A DNA stretch of 62,482 nucleotides, the filler included, from Globobulimina sp. (Eukaryota), in NCBI GenBank assembly GCA_003354225.1. It is 39 parts of 39 records of this genome, joined end to end, with 100 filler letters (N's around TTAATTAATTAA, not from the genome) between each part and the next. Parts side by side here need not be neighbours in the genome. Positions count along the whole stretch, not along the records: positions 49,752 to 51,255 come from PIVH01015630.1; positions 51,356 to 52,859 come from PIVH01015631.1; positions 52,960 to 54,463 come from PIVH01015632.1; positions 54,564 to 56,067 come from PIVH01015633.1; positions 56,168 to 57,671 come from PIVH01015634.1; positions 57,772 to 59,275 come from PIVH01015635.1; positions 59,376 to 60,879 come from PIVH01015636.1; positions 60,980 to 62,482 come from PIVH01015637.1; 31 more parts are not named here. One strand, given 5' to 3'. The translations under genes were made by a program, and so were the position numbers. Under the pieces are notes generated by a model that was not told the origin of the DNA, did not search any database, and saw only the letters and a program-made list of their open reading frames with translations. Positions within the stretch are counted from its first letter, which is position 1. Each line of letters starts with the position of its first letter. Below are positions 49,873-62,252 of the stretch, piece by piece.

Positions 49873-51255
49873 TTAAGCCAAATAATGGTATAACCGCCTA
49901 TCTTTAGCATCTCTTTCTAAATATTCCCTTTCAATGAGCGAAGCAATTCTTTGTTTTATAAATTGCGGATCCGGATTAAAGCGAGAATGTAACTGATGCA
50001 CCACCTCAACAATCAAATTTTGATGATGCAATTTCTTCCTCGCTTTCATAATGCGCACAATAGCCGCCTCCACTCTGTTTTTCCTCGATTCCAACACTTG
50101 GTGCGGCACTGTTTGTTTCTTCTTGTCCACAATGGCTCGGGCGCTCGCATTCTGATCCAAGACACCGATATGGATTCGCACCCTCTGATTCGTGTACTTC
50201 ACATTGAAAGTAAACGTGTCCGTGTCGCACAACTGCTTTTTGTTAGGTAACTTATTCAAAACCTTCACTTTTGGATGGGCCAAGGCCAAGATATGGCGCT
50301 CCAACTCCGCGCTGGGGATTGGCAACAATTTATGCGCAATCTCCTTCCATGTGTACCGATTGCGGTCGTTGTACAACAACAATATCAGCATTTGATAAGT
50401 GTGCACCACCAAATCGCGAACCACCGACTCATTAAATCGCACTCTCAACTCTGCGTTGCCGCGGCTGGTATCGAACAATAGCTTGCGTCCACTGTGCGAG
50501 TCGCAATAAAAGGAGCGGAAATTCTCGCATTCCCGAATCAACACTGCGGGCAACAACTGCTGCTTCGTTTTGTTGTTGCTGCCCGAATTGGACACACTGA
50601 TCGGCCAAAACCCGGTGGTCAACACTTTGGTGTTGATCATGGTCTGCTCCTCGTTGCACTTCTGCTCTTTTGTGAAGATCTGGTGATACGACTCGTTGAT
50701 CTCTTGCGAGCTATGGATATCTTTGAACATCCCCTCCAACTTCGAGGTGTATTGATGGCCGCATTCCGTTTTCAATTTGGCGATCATCGCTTTCTCGAAA
50801 TGGTCGCTGTGCGACTTGGTATGCAAGAGCCGCGACGCTAAGTGCTGTTTGTAAAAGTCTTCGAAGATGTGCTTATCCGACAAGTACTTGAATATCGTGA
50901 TCACGTCAGACAACTTCTGATACACTTCGTCGTCCGACAGCTTATTGGCGTGTTTGCGAAGCAACAAATCCGTATATAACGACAAATACTGCGCCGACCG
51001 GATGTCTAAATTGAGAAAATACTCAAAGCCCTCTTTCAGTTTGCGGCTGAAGGCCTTGTCCGACAAAAAGGACTCCACCACAATGGCATTCATCCTCTCT
51101 CGCAAATCCAACACCAAACTCACGAATTTCTCCGGCTTGAAGCCGTTCTCATTGATGATCATCTCGCCCTGTTCCCGGATGTACGCGTACATGGACTCCT
51201 GCAACTTGCTGTTTTTCACGTCGATGCGGTTGAACGTTTTGCAATACAACGAGCA
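49873..51255 (-). CDS. Cullin (cullin-3/4-like), C-terminal half
   Basis: KHIFEDFYKQHLASRLL, KLKTECG..YTSKLEGMFKD, EAAIVRIMKARK neddylation motif, LIEREYLER. Confidence 0.97.
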   Translation of the reverse strand, partial: CSLYCKTFNRIDVKNSKLQESMYAYIREQGEMIINENGFKPEKFVSLVLDLRERMNAIVVESFLSDKAFSRKLKEGFEYFLNLDIRSAQYLSLYTDLLLRKHANKLSDDEVYQKLSDVITIFKYLSDKHIFEDFYKQHLASRLLHTKSHSDHFEKAMIAKLKTECGHQYTSKLEGMFKDIHSSQEINESYHQIFTKEQKCNEEQTMINTKVLTTGFWPISVSNSGSNNKTKQQLLPAVLIRECENFRSFYCDSHSGRKLLFDTSRGNAELRVRFNESVVRDLVVHTYQMLILLLYNDRNRYTWKEIAHKLLPIPSAELERHILALAHPKVKVLNKLPNKKQLCDTDTFTFNVKYTNQRVRIHIGVLDQNASARAIVDKKKQTVPHQVLESRKNRVEAAIVRIMKARKKLHHQNLIVEVVHQLHSRFNPDPQFIKQRIASLIEREYLERDAKDRRLYHYLA

Positions 51256-51509
51256 NNNNNNNNNNNNNNNNNNNNNNNNNNNNNNNNNNNNNNNNNNNNT
51301 TAATTAATTAANNNNNNNNNNNNNNNNNNNNNNNNNNNNNNNNNNNNNNNNNNNNATTTCTGAAAATGTGTAAAACATAAACTATTTCTAATTTGGGAAA
51401 AACCCTTTGATGAAAACAGAAACAAAGTATCTTGGAAATTATATCTTCAATATTATTTTGTAGAAAAATTAAAGAGACTGAAAATGTCTAAAAAAATAGA
51501 ACCATTCGG

Positions 51510-51890
51510 TCATAATTTCAGTAATTTGGTAATTGCATTGTTTTGTTTATTTTCAACATTACACAATGATTGATATTTGATATTTAATTTTTTTAATATA
51601 TTCTTATTTGATTTGATTATTGATGCCAACTCATTTTCTTTTTCTTTTCTTTGTTCTGTTTCGTTAATAATTGTATTATTTAATCCAATCGCTAATAATT
51701 TGTTTTTTTTCAATGCCATTGATTTTGTCTGCAATATATCTATTAAATATTGTTCAATTATTGATTCAAAGTCATTTACACAATCAACAAATGATTGGGT
51801 TGATTCAATAATCGATAAACATAATTCCGATTGTTCTGATGGGATCACTCGTACTTTGCCATTTTCATCAAAACACACTGAAGCCATCAT
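51510..51890 (-). CDS. IFT20: Intraflagellar transport protein 20
   Basis: FDENGKVRV...FVD....F...KLLAIG..N...Y.SL..VE..Q...I; ~126-aa coiled coil. Confidence 0.8.
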   Translation of the reverse strand: MMASVCFDENGKVRVIPSEQSELCLSIIESTQSFVDCVNDFESIIEQYLIDILQTKSMALKKNKLLAIGLNNTIINETEQRKEKENELASIIKSNKNILKKLNIKYQSLCNVENKQNNAITKLLKL

Positions 51891-52010
51891 TCGTACTTTG
51901 CCGGTTATTTATTTAATTAAGCAGCCAATACGATGCATCAGTGGTTATCAGGTCATTCAGGTGTATGTATATATATAATATGCTTTCTGTGTTGCTTTGG
52001 TGATGAATTG

Positions 52011-52859
52011 ATGCAATGGAAAGAAGGTGAACAAAAAATGGATGTTCAAGTAATTATCGAAGATGATACAATAATAATTAAAAAAGATAAATTAATATTT
52101 GAAGGCACAATGCTTCATTTATTTGATAATAATTTAATTGAGCATAATTTTAAGAATAATGATAAAATATTACATATTTTAAAGAACCAAAATAAATTCA
52201 AACATTATGAACGCAGTGAAGCGTTATTTATTGTTTATGATTTAGAGTTTTTCGATATGGACATAACACTCAGAATTCCGTTAAATTTATTTCAATTAGA
52301 TTTGGAAAATTGTGCAGAAGCAGATCAATTAAAATATTATAAACAAAAATCATTGAAATTGGAAAAAATAATTGAAGCAAATGATTTAGCATCATCGCAT
52401 TATGACATTCATTTCCATAAAAACAGCATATTCACTGTCTTTACTGAACAGGACTTGTTAAATAACAAAACATTGATACAGCAATATTATCGCCGCTCAG
52501 TATATTATTCCATGTCTACCTACAACGACAATGGAATATATTTATTGTACCGTCAAGTGACTGCAAAAAATGAGGATTCTTCCAAAGTCGCTCCGTTTGG
52601 TGAACATTTAATATATTTATCTGAAGACAGCACAAACATTTATTTTCTACGGAAAAATGTAATGAAACGCAATTTATATTTTAAATTAATGGTAAAACAG
52701 AATGCATTGATATTGAACGCAAGTTTTGCTTTGAATATAAATATATTAAATCAATTCGAATATCCTATGTCTGAACAACAATTATTAGATGCATTTAGTA
52801 AAGACGTAATGATTGGAAAATTGAAAAATTATGATATATTAAATACATTTTACAGCAAT
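52011..52859 (+). CDS. Hypothetical protein, 3'-truncated
   Basis: Long AT-rich ORF. Confidence 0.55.
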
Positions 52860-53209
52860 NNNNNNNNNNNNNNNNNNNNNNNNNNNNNNNNNNNNNNNNN
52901 NNNTTAATTAATTAANNNNNNNNNNNNNNNNNNNNNNNNNNNNNNNNNNNNNNNNNNNNGATGGAATACATATCGGTACTTCTCGGTACATCTCAGATGT
53001 ATTCCATCCAGAAACTGCTCCATAAATTCACATTGAACTGAATCTTTATATAATATGTACTGAAGGCATCAATCAGTAAAGATGGCAGAATCCTAATATA
53101 CAGCTTTAAAGATCAGGAAATAAACACTCTTTCAGCAAAGAAAAAATCCAAAACAGTAACAAAATCTTCAGCAAAGAAATATCGCATCCCATTAAGATCA
53201 TCTTATGTC

Positions 53210-54160
53210 ATGACAACATCACTTACATTTTGCAAAGCATTAAACTCCATATTGGTTGCAAACGGCGGATTGGATAATTTATGCAATATTCATAAGCTGG
53301 ATTTGCAGAACAACACTGACTCACTGTTGCATGAAATAGGTTTATCTGAGGGATATACCGCAAATATTCGACTTATGAATGACAATTCAAACAGAGTCAT
53401 ATTTGGAAGTGGAGATAGCAACGTTTATATTTATAATTATGTTGAAACAGTAAAATTGTTAACAATACAAAAATGCAGCGGCGATGTTACTTTTGTTGAC
53501 TATTTTATTGACGGCCTATTGGACCTATTAATAATTGGTATATCTTGTATTGATGGCAATGTTTATGTGGTTACAATTAACGACAAAGATCACAGCAATA
53601 TGCAAATTATAAACATCCAATCTATAAATACCTCAAAAACAGATGTAAATTGTATTGCGTTTTCACCAAACAATCATGAATTTATTGCGTGTGGCGGAGA
53701 TGATGGTATTTGTGCAGTGTTAATAAAAAATGATGTTGGGAAACATCAAGAAAATATACTAAAATATGAATATGACATTCTGTTTAAAAAAGAACTTAAT
53801 GGAAATCACTCATGTCAGGGAATTACAAGTTGCTGTTGGATTGATTCGAAAACAGTGGTATTTGGTGGAGACGAAAGTGGCCACAAATTGGATGTTCTAA
53901 AGCTTATTGTAATGAAAAATAACAAGGAATGCATTGAAATTATTGCTCAGTTTTTAGGCAAAATTGAATCTTTAGCTAAATTGGTTTTGGATTATTGTGG
54001 TTATTATACTGACAAACATTCCATCCAAACACCGTTTGAACACAATACGCGAGTGACACAAGTCAGAGCTTTGCCAAATTATGCAACAGCACCTGGCATT
54101 TTTTGTGCGTGTTCATGGGATAATACGTGTTGTTTATTTATACCAATGCGAAAAATATAA
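53210..54160 (+). CDS. WD40-repeat protein
   Basis: VNCIAFSP..IACGGDDG; H..RVTQV..SWDNT. Confidence 0.85.
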   Translation: MTTSLTFCKALNSILVANGGLDNLCNIHKLDLQNNTDSLLHEIGLSEGYTANIRLMNDNSNRVIFGSGDSNVYIYNYVETVKLLTIQKCSGDVTFVDYFIDGLLDLLIIGISCIDGNVYVVTINDKDHSNMQIINIQSINTSKTDVNCIAFSPNNHEFIACGGDDGICAVLIKNDVGKHQENILKYEYDILFKKELNGNHSCQGITSCCWIDSKTVVFGGDESGHKLDVLKLIVMKNNKECIEIIAQFLGKIESLAKLVLDYCGYYTDKHSIQTPFEHNTRVTQVRALPNYATAPGIFCACSWDNTCCLFIPMRKI

Positions 54161-54619
54161 TATTGATTTAGTTAATCTCCGACGTGATTTATTCATTCCA
54201 AAGCAGCTCTTTGGCATACTTTTTCAACACAAATTATCACAGCCAATGATATTATAACCAGTGAATCTCATGATTTAATACAATTGACTTTTTAGGTTCA
54301 CACTTCTAAACACTTCTTTTGTGATTATGTCGAATCCAATTCGCTAAACAAATATTTGAAAATGAGTTAGAAAGCCATTGCATATTAGTTTTTAGAAAAT
54401 AACTTCTCAAAACAACATCCTCGCTTAGTATAAAGCTTATTATAAAGCAGCCCATCATGAAACNNNNNNNNNNNNNNNNNNNNNNNNNNNNNNNNNNNNN
54501 NNNNNNNTTAATTAATTAANNNNNNNNNNNNNNNNNNNNNNNNNNNNNNNNNNNNNNNNNNNNAAGAATATAAAAAAAAGAATGGGAAATGTAAATATTC
54601 CTTTAATGACTCAGCTAAA

Positions 54620-56067
54620 ATGACCAAACTAATTGAGAACAAAAAAGAAGTTGGGATTCAAATATCAACCGATAATAAACATAAATATAAATTTCTAATT
54701 CCTCACAGTTTATGGAAATTGTTACACAAATATTATACAAATATACGTAATGCGGAAAATGAGAGTGAAAATATTATCGTTAATGAGGAACAGAAAACGC
54801 AAGACACACAAGACACAGACACAGCGACTAAACTAAATATCACTGAAAGCAATGAAATATTACCAAATATTAATAATACACTCACCAAACAACCAGAAAA
54901 AAAGCAACAACAACAGCAAACCGAAGAAGAAGAACCAGAAGAACTACAATTAACATTTGAAGAAACACCAGACATAAACCAAGAACCGCAAAAACAAGCA
55001 AGCGAAGAACAACCAGAACCAGAACAAGAACAAGAACCACCATCAATATTAGAAGAATCGCCAGAAAAACACCAAGAAGAACCAGAACAAAATCAAGAAG
55101 AAAACCAAGAACCAGATCAAAAAGCACAGCCAGAAGAAAATCAAGAACCAGCAAACGAAGAAAATCAAGATCAAAAAGCACAGCCAGAAGAAGATAATTT
55201 GAATGAAAACGCGATTAATATACTTACTCACTTAATAACTCACTTTGATGTCTGCCATGATCATGAAATAAACAAAGATGAAAACGCGATCGATGTACTT
55301 TCTTACTTAATCACTCACTTTGATGCCTTCAATGAAATAAATAAAGATGAAGAACAAAATGGATTCGACAGCGAAACTGAAGAAACTGAAAATAAACCAG
55401 ATATAAAATATGAATGGAATAAGAAATATAAAAATGCATTAGATCTGAATGGCGACGAAGCAGTACGAATTGATGCAGTCTCCGCAATTGTTTCTGAGTT
55501 TTGCTGTATGTGCAAAATGCAATGTATTGATTTAATTGAAAACGGCAATTTATGCGAATTAAATAATGCATTTATATCCATAAGAGACGAAGTTGAGTTT
55601 AAAATTATTAACAATGATAATGAATGCCAGAAAATTAAATTATTGATTGCAAATTCAAAACAATATGTTAATGCATTTGATGCAGAAACAGAGAAATTAT
55701 ATTGTCCGTTATCGTGCATTGTGGAATATATGAACTATAGAATTTATTGCAAAGCCTGTTTACCGCTGATCTCAGAGAATCTCATTTTTGGTAAAAATGT
55801 TTCCGATGATACATTTAAATTTGATGCAGAAATATCGAAATTATTGGACAACGCCGCAAAAACATTAAATCTTTCGGCTCATTCTTGTAAATATAATGGC
55901 GATATTCAAATTTCTACAACTTCGAATATTACAATTTATGAAACGGAAAATGGTGTCTTTCATATTGATAATATTTCAGAATTATACCCAGTGGATACTG
56001 TGCATTTTGTTAAAAATTTTGTTAAAACTGGGAGGAATAAAGAAAGCACCGCAGTTAATTGTTTTTT
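54620..56067 (+). CDS. Clu-domain protein with E/Q/P-rich region, partial
   Basis: PLSCIVEYMNYRI...LPL....LIFG...AAKTLNL..H. Confidence 0.75.
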
Positions 56068-56363
56068 NNNNNNNNNNNNNNNNNNNNNNNNNNNNNNNNN
56101 NNNNNNNNNNNTTAATTAATTAANNNNNNNNNNNNNNNNNNNNNNNNNNNNNNNNNNNNNNNNNNNNTTTAATCTACCACCCGGATCCAGCGATGGATCC
56201 ATTGACAACCTCACAGGGATGTTCCAGCAATCTGTGAGCCTGGAATCGGATCTCCGACCCGATTGAATTTTGTCCTACTACTACTATTTAAAAGCATGGT
56301 TTTTTTACTGAACTTGTTGGTTGTTTTTATTTAAAAATCTTTACCAGATTTTAAACGACAAAA

Positions 56364-57401
56364 ATGCAACAAAGATGGATTCAATTGGCTCATAAATGCG
56401 ATAGTTTTTATTCTAAACCAATAGTGTCTGGCAGCAATGAAATTATTATGGTGCCAACATCGAAAACACCAAACAAAAAATATTTATACAAATACTCATT
56501 TCAAATTGATGATATTTCTCCATGGATACCATTGCCAGCAGCAAATCCCGGATATGCAATATCAACAACATTTGATGACGCAAAACAATTATTATATATC
56601 ATACGTAAGGCACATCCTACACTGTACAACGATTTGATTGTTCTCGACCTGGAAACAAAACAATTTGCATCATATAACACTAAAATATATCACCACAACA
56701 AACATGTGCAATTCTCATCAATTATTGTCAACGATGAACTTCATCTGATTGGTCTTGACATGGGGGTTCATTTTAAAATGATATCGATAATGAACACAAT
56801 GAAACTGATACGGTTGGGACGTCTTGAAGCTTGCTTTGAGAATAGATTGAATGCAGTGATATATCTCAAATCAGCCAATTCATTGTTGTCGTTAGGTGGA
56901 TATGATGGTTTTATGGATAATGCCAGCTGGCTGGACTGCATTCAATTATATTCGACAGGAAATGATGGGAAAAATGAATGGGAATTGTTGGAAAATAAAT
57001 TGCCGCAAAAAATGTGCGCATTTGGATGCGTTGTGCTGAATAATGAAAGAGATGTAGTTATATTTGGAGGTGAAACGCCCAATGGGGATTCTGATGAAAT
57101 ATATGTGCTAAGTTTAGAAACTATGGACTTTAAACAGTGTAAATTAAAATGTCCGATGAAAAGCAAATTCAATGCTGTAATTGTTGATAATTTTGAAAAT
57201 CATCAGTTAGTCGTTGGATATGTAAAGGATTTATGGAGAATGAAGAAGTTTGCGAATATAATTTATCCACCAAAAGAAGTGATAAATATCATACAAAGCT
57301 ATTATTACAATCAAGAAATACATTTATTTGCTGATAAATCGCATTGGAAAGTTAATGTTGATGATATATTGAACAATGTGAGCCTAGATGGAGATATTTA
57401 G
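56364..57401 (+). CDS. Kelch-like beta-propeller protein (expanded protist family)
   Basis: LGGYDG, FGG...DEIYVL, LVVGYV...YPP.E.I.II. Confidence 0.85.
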   Translation: MQQRWIQLAHKCDSFYSKPIVSGSNEIIMVPTSKTPNKKYLYKYSFQIDDISPWIPLPAANPGYAISTTFDDAKQLLYIIRKAHPTLYNDLIVLDLETKQFASYNTKIYHHNKHVQFSSIIVNDELHLIGLDMGVHFKMISIMNTMKLIRLGRLEACFENRLNAVIYLKSANSLLSLGGYDGFMDNASWLDCIQLYSTGNDGKNEWELLENKLPQKMCAFGCVVLNNERDVVIFGGETPNGDSDEIYVLSLETMDFKQCKLKCPMKSKFNAVIVDNFENHQLVVGYVKDLWRMKKFANIIYPPKEVINIIQSYYYNQEIHLFADKSHWKVNVDDILNNVSLDGDI

Positions 57402-57771
57402 ATATTTAGAGATTTTTGTTAAATTATTCTGAATAATTGTAGAAATTGAAAAAAGTTATAAAACCTGAAAAAAAAGTTCTAAAAGTGGTAAAACCTGAAA
57501 AAAAGTAGAAAATACTAGAAATAAACACTTTGAAAAAACTCAAATACAAATAAACAATAACACAGTATTAACACACAATATATTAATATTTACCTATGGG
57601 CTTTTGACCATTTATGAAACACCACAGAATATGGCATATCATTTATTTTCAATCGATAGGAATATTTTATTNNNNNNNNNNNNNNNNNNNNNNNNNNNNN
57701 NNNNNNNNNNNNNNNTTAATTAATTAANNNNNNNNNNNNNNNNNNNNNNNNNNNNNNNNNNNNNNNNNNNN

Positions 57772-58283
57772 GAAATTAATACTCCATTTCTGTAATATGA
57801 TGCATCATCCCCATTTTTAGAAATTACAATAAATACCCACTTATTTATATTTGATTCGGTAGTAGCATATGGAGCAGAAGTATCATTAATTTCAGCATAG
57901 TAACCTGTCGGCCGGATATATATTCTGTTAGTACCATCTTTTTGCCAAAACAAATTATTACCATTATTATTAGTTGAAGCATTCTCATTCATCTTTATCC
58001 AGCCAGAAATTGTAAAATTTGAATAAGCTCCTAAACCATCTCCGAGTTGTACATATGTATTATCACCATTAAATTCTAAAGCTTTGCCATCTATTCCGCC
58101 CACCCTTGCAGGATTATTTACTAAGACAGCATCATTAATTCCTGCTTCATCAACCGCGTCAGGTCCGCTTACTTCATCGAATTTCCAATGAGCTACCAAG
58201 TCATCATTAATACCAGCATAAGTGACTCCAGTAAAAATATACACAACAGCAAAAGAGATCATCAACAACCTAATTAATTTCAT
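57772..58283 (-). CDS. Bacterial secreted LamG/concanavalin-A-like domain protein, 3'-truncated
   Basis: Signal peptide, LVAHWKFDE..G, G..GKALEFNG, FTISGWIK; aggag RBS upstream. Confidence 0.9.
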
Positions 58284-58943
58284 TTATTCGCTCCTTATTT
58301 TATAAATGGTTAATAATTAATGCGGATCACTTTACCAAATTTCAAAAAATTGTCTTTTAAACTATTTATTCAACGACAGAACCGATTCTTCTGTCAGGAT
58401 ACTAACTGGCAATATTTCAGCATTTTCATGGACATAGGTTCCCGCAAAAGAACCTTAATTGAAATAGTACTTACTGGTGCATCTAATTCGATAAGGTTAC
58501 ATGACACATAGCCCATGGATTTTGATTTGTCAAATTTGGCTGAAGATTTTGAAATTATACCGGGTTCAGATTATTTACCAAACCTTTAATAATCAAGGCT
58601 TCCTCAAAACTTCATATCACTTTAATTGATCAACGGTTGGCTAAAACCGCAGATTACTTCCGCTTATGTCAGGCCAAAAAATCCACCTGTACTTTTAAAA
58701 ACTGCCCCCCTCTTAAGGGAAAATGTTTAACATGGGAAAGTTTTGGGCTGAGTTGATTTGAATTCCATAAAAGCTACAAAATGCTCAAAAGTATCGCGTG
58801 TATTTTTACGTGTATTTTTCTCTGCAAAAAGGTGCAAAATCATGCAAAAATACACATAATATACACACGGTGGTTTTCTATAGAACGTGTAAACCAAGGG
58901 GTTTCGTGGGTTTAGAGATATATTCATAAACCCTGTCGTCCTC

Positions 58944-58987
58944 CTTTCACGCCGGCAACAGGGGTTCGAATCCCCTTGGGGACACCA
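58944..58987 (+). tRNA. 3' half of bacterial tRNA-Glu(TTC), an att-site remnant rather than a full tRNA
   Basis: ctttcac-gccgg-caac-agggg-ttcgaat-cccct-tggggac-acca; 5' half absent. Confidence 0.88.
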
Positions 58988-58998
58988 TTAATAAAATC

Positions 58999-59030
58999 AA
59001 GGGCTTAGGTGAAAATCTAAGCCCTTTTTT
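58999..59030 (+). terminator. Rho-independent terminator-like hairpin
   Basis: aagggcttag...ctaagccctt followed by T-run. Confidence 0.8.
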
Positions 59031-59375
59031 ATTTGTGATTTTTATTAATACCCAACACCATACCCAACATTGTTGACCATAATCAGATTAATAATAAATG
59101 ATCTCAAGCAAATCCTTATGGTCCTGAGATAGGCAAACCATATCTGCATATTTGCCCAACCTGTACTACATTAAAGCTATACGTAACAAACGCTGATTTT
59201 TCTATTATAATTGGTGGGTTACATGCCATTAGCATTTACCATTTTTTTATTGATGTCAACATCTTTTTATAGTTTNNNNNNNNNNNNNNNNNNNNNNNNN
59301 NNNNNNNNNNNNNNNNNNNTTAATTAATTAANNNNNNNNNNNNNNNNNNNNNNNNNNNNNNNNNNNNNNNNNNNN

Positions 59376-59538
59376 ATATCTAAACTTTGCATATGTTGAT
59401 CGCAAAGTGAAAGCGGTAACTGGATGTTCTCATCCAATCATGGACCAGCTTACTGAAACTTAGTGGAAATGAAAAATGATGTCGAACATCCAGTTACCGC
59501 TTTCACTTTGCGATCAACATATGCAAAGTTTAGATATG
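59376..59538. repeat. ~54-bp perfect inverted duplication at contig start
   Basis: 59376-59429 is the reverse complement of ~59485-59538. Confidence 0.9.
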
Positions 59539-60118
59539 GAAATATTATACACCATAAGTTTATCAATGTGATAAAGAAGCAGTATTTATACATGTTCGAT
59601 TGCATGGTTATGTCATAATAATATGTATAAATAACATTGTTTGCAGGTATGTTATTTGCTTCTAGAAGAGATCCATATTTTGCAGCTCTTTCTTTATGCT
59701 CGGTATACAACAAAAAATCACGAATGGTGTATCGACTTTATGGACGTTGCCACATTGCGCCATGCCACATAATTTGCAGATGATATCTCTGATGTTGATT
59801 GTGATGCAGGTACTAACTGTTTATTTTTATTTTTATGTTTATTTTTATTCATTCTCGTCATACTTACTTACAGAGTGAAGCAGTCAAATGTTAGTGAAAA
59901 CAGAAAATTTAAATGTTGATTCGTTAAATGAACTAAAAGCAGGACATAGGACCTAGGGTCCAATTTTAATTACGTCATTTACCAACATTCCCTTAAATAA
60001 AAGATATACTTTTAATGTTAACTATGATCGCGGTTCATATTCGGTATACATGGTGTGTTATCTATCTGAATATATCATTCAAGGTTATACTTTAAAGTTT
60101 TTACGTACGTACATATTA

Positions 60119-60879
60119 ATGTCACCGCTATTTTTAATTTTCGTGTTATCACCAACATTCTCACAACAATTCACGATCGGTACTGCAAAATCAAACTGGT
60201 TTGAGGCAAGATCTTGGTGTCATGATCAACAACCTTCGCTAGAATTGTTTTCGATCCACAATCTAACAGAATACAATGCAATAAAAGCAATATTAAATCA
60301 AACAGATCCATATCCGCATAAAAATAATTATTGGACAGGATTAAAACGCGAAGGAACAGATTACAACGATGCAAACACATATTCTTGGAGTGATGGTTCA
60401 GCATTCGACTATGGCACTGATTTCGGTCAACCACCGTGGAGTGCAAATGAACCCAATTCACTGGAAACTCCAAGTTGTATCCGATTTGTAAATACATTTA
60501 ATTTGCTATGGGATGATGTTTATTGTAATACGGCTTTAAATGGACTGCAATCTGTTCCCATATGCACAGAAACAACTGTGTCTCCATCCAACTCTCCAAC
60601 AAAGTTCCCCACTGCAACTACGATGGGACCAAAATATTCAACAAATCAGCCATCTGCGCAAAATGCCAACAAAATTGATTTAAACATGATTCTTATTATA
60701 TGTGCAGTAGCGGCTGTTTGTTATATTATTTTGTTTGTAGTATTAATCTTAAAATTTGCAAAGTATAAACGAGAAAAAGATGAATATAAAGATGCAAAGA
60801 TAGAGACAGAAATTGTACCAAACAGAGTTGATCCATATACAAAGAGTGCTGCGTTAAAAGAGGAGAAAATGAATAATCT
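60119..60879 (+). CDS. Type I membrane C-type lectin
   Basis: Signal peptide, W.EA...C, YWTGL, WSDG, EPN, WDD..C; PT stalk; TM helix. Confidence 0.93.
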
Positions 60880-60979
60880 NNNNNNNNNNNNNNNNNNNNN
60901 NNNNNNNNNNNNNNNNNNNNNNNTTAATTAATTAANNNNNNNNNNNNNNNNNNNNNNNNNNNNNNNNNNNNNNNNNNNN

Positions 60980-62252
60980 CTTTATAATTGGGCTGAATTG
61001 ATGAAACAAGAGAACTCAATGAACTTTGAGTCTATCGATATGGCCACATTCTTTTGGTGCGGCATTGCATTCCTTCTCATTTATAGAGTTTTTTTATTGG
61101 GCTGGGCATTGTATGAATGGCTTAGAAAATATGGTGATGGTGAATGGTATCATGTTGTTTTGGTATTGTTGGATTTGTATATTTTTGTGGTTGTTTATGA
61201 GTCCTTCAATAAGGCCCAAGGTATCATCACCAACAATGCAGCAAAAAGAGCAGCGAATAGAAAGAAAAAAGAGCAAAAAGCAGTGCAACAACAATTAAGC
61301 GAATCCATTGAAGCTGGAAAAATGAGTGACAAGCAAGCACAGATAATTCAAGATGGTTTACAAGAAATGGGAGAGATTGAACCTGCAAAGAATCAGGTAC
61401 TAAGTTCATATTTTATTAAATGACAAATACATACATATATGTCACAACACTCAGATGTTGATACAATTCATGGAAGCTATGACAGAGAGTATGCCCCAAA
61501 TCATCCTGCAATCCGTATTCGTGTTGAGATCCCAAAATGATCCGCTTCTTAGGGAAAGTGGAGCAAATTTCAGTTTAATAATATTGAGCGTATTGGCGAG
61601 TTTGTTTAGTATTGCGAGTAAATATGGATGGTATGATAAAGATGGTGTTGCGGAAAGGGCGAAATCATTAAAACCCAAACAAAGATTTCCAGATTGTATT
61701 AATTATTGGTATTTAGTGCGTATTGCATGGCGGGTTTGTCATATTTTGGCAAAGTTCGCAGTGTTTACTCTGATTTGGTCGGTATTGGGAGGAGCGTGGC
61801 TACCAATATGGGCTGGATTAGTGTTGGTAGTTTGGTGCGTCGTGTTTTATTTTAATGATGATGTAGACTCAGTGATTGGGGGTGCTTTATATGCCATAGT
61901 TTATCTCGTAGCAAGTATAGATACCAAGAAAGAGTATCGAATGCGTTTTGCATTGAAATGGGTGGAAACAACGATTGGATTGATATTAATTACAATATTT
62001 GGAACAATTAAGTTTGAGTGTGGCATCTGTCATGATTCAGGAAACCGAATGATATTTAAAAATGAGAGCAATAATGATATGATTTTGATTTATTGGATAA
62101 TGGGTGTTTTAGCTCATATTATTGATGGAATGTTGTGTTTGGTGCTTTATTTTGAAAATATATTATTGGATACAAAAAAAGAAAGTATTTATCTAATCGA
62201 TGGGGACATAAATTTGGGTGGGAGTATGGAGGCGAGCCTTTTAAGCATTTGA
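60980..62252 (+). CDS. XK-related (scramblase family) membrane protein; intron 61397-61454
   Basis: EAMTESMPQIILQ, SVLASLFSI; phase-0 GT..CAG intron. Confidence 0.85.

Noticed and set aside
58944-58987. Functional tRNA gene
   Set aside because: Acceptor 5' strand, D-arm and 5' anticodon stem are missing
59376-59538. Long perfect hairpin as ncRNA
   Set aside because: Exact inverted copy at the contig edge; typical amplification fold-back
1507-60979. Regularly spaced TTAATTAATTAA as a CRISPR-like array or biological repeat
   Set aside because: Always embedded in fixed N-runs; it is a concatenation linker
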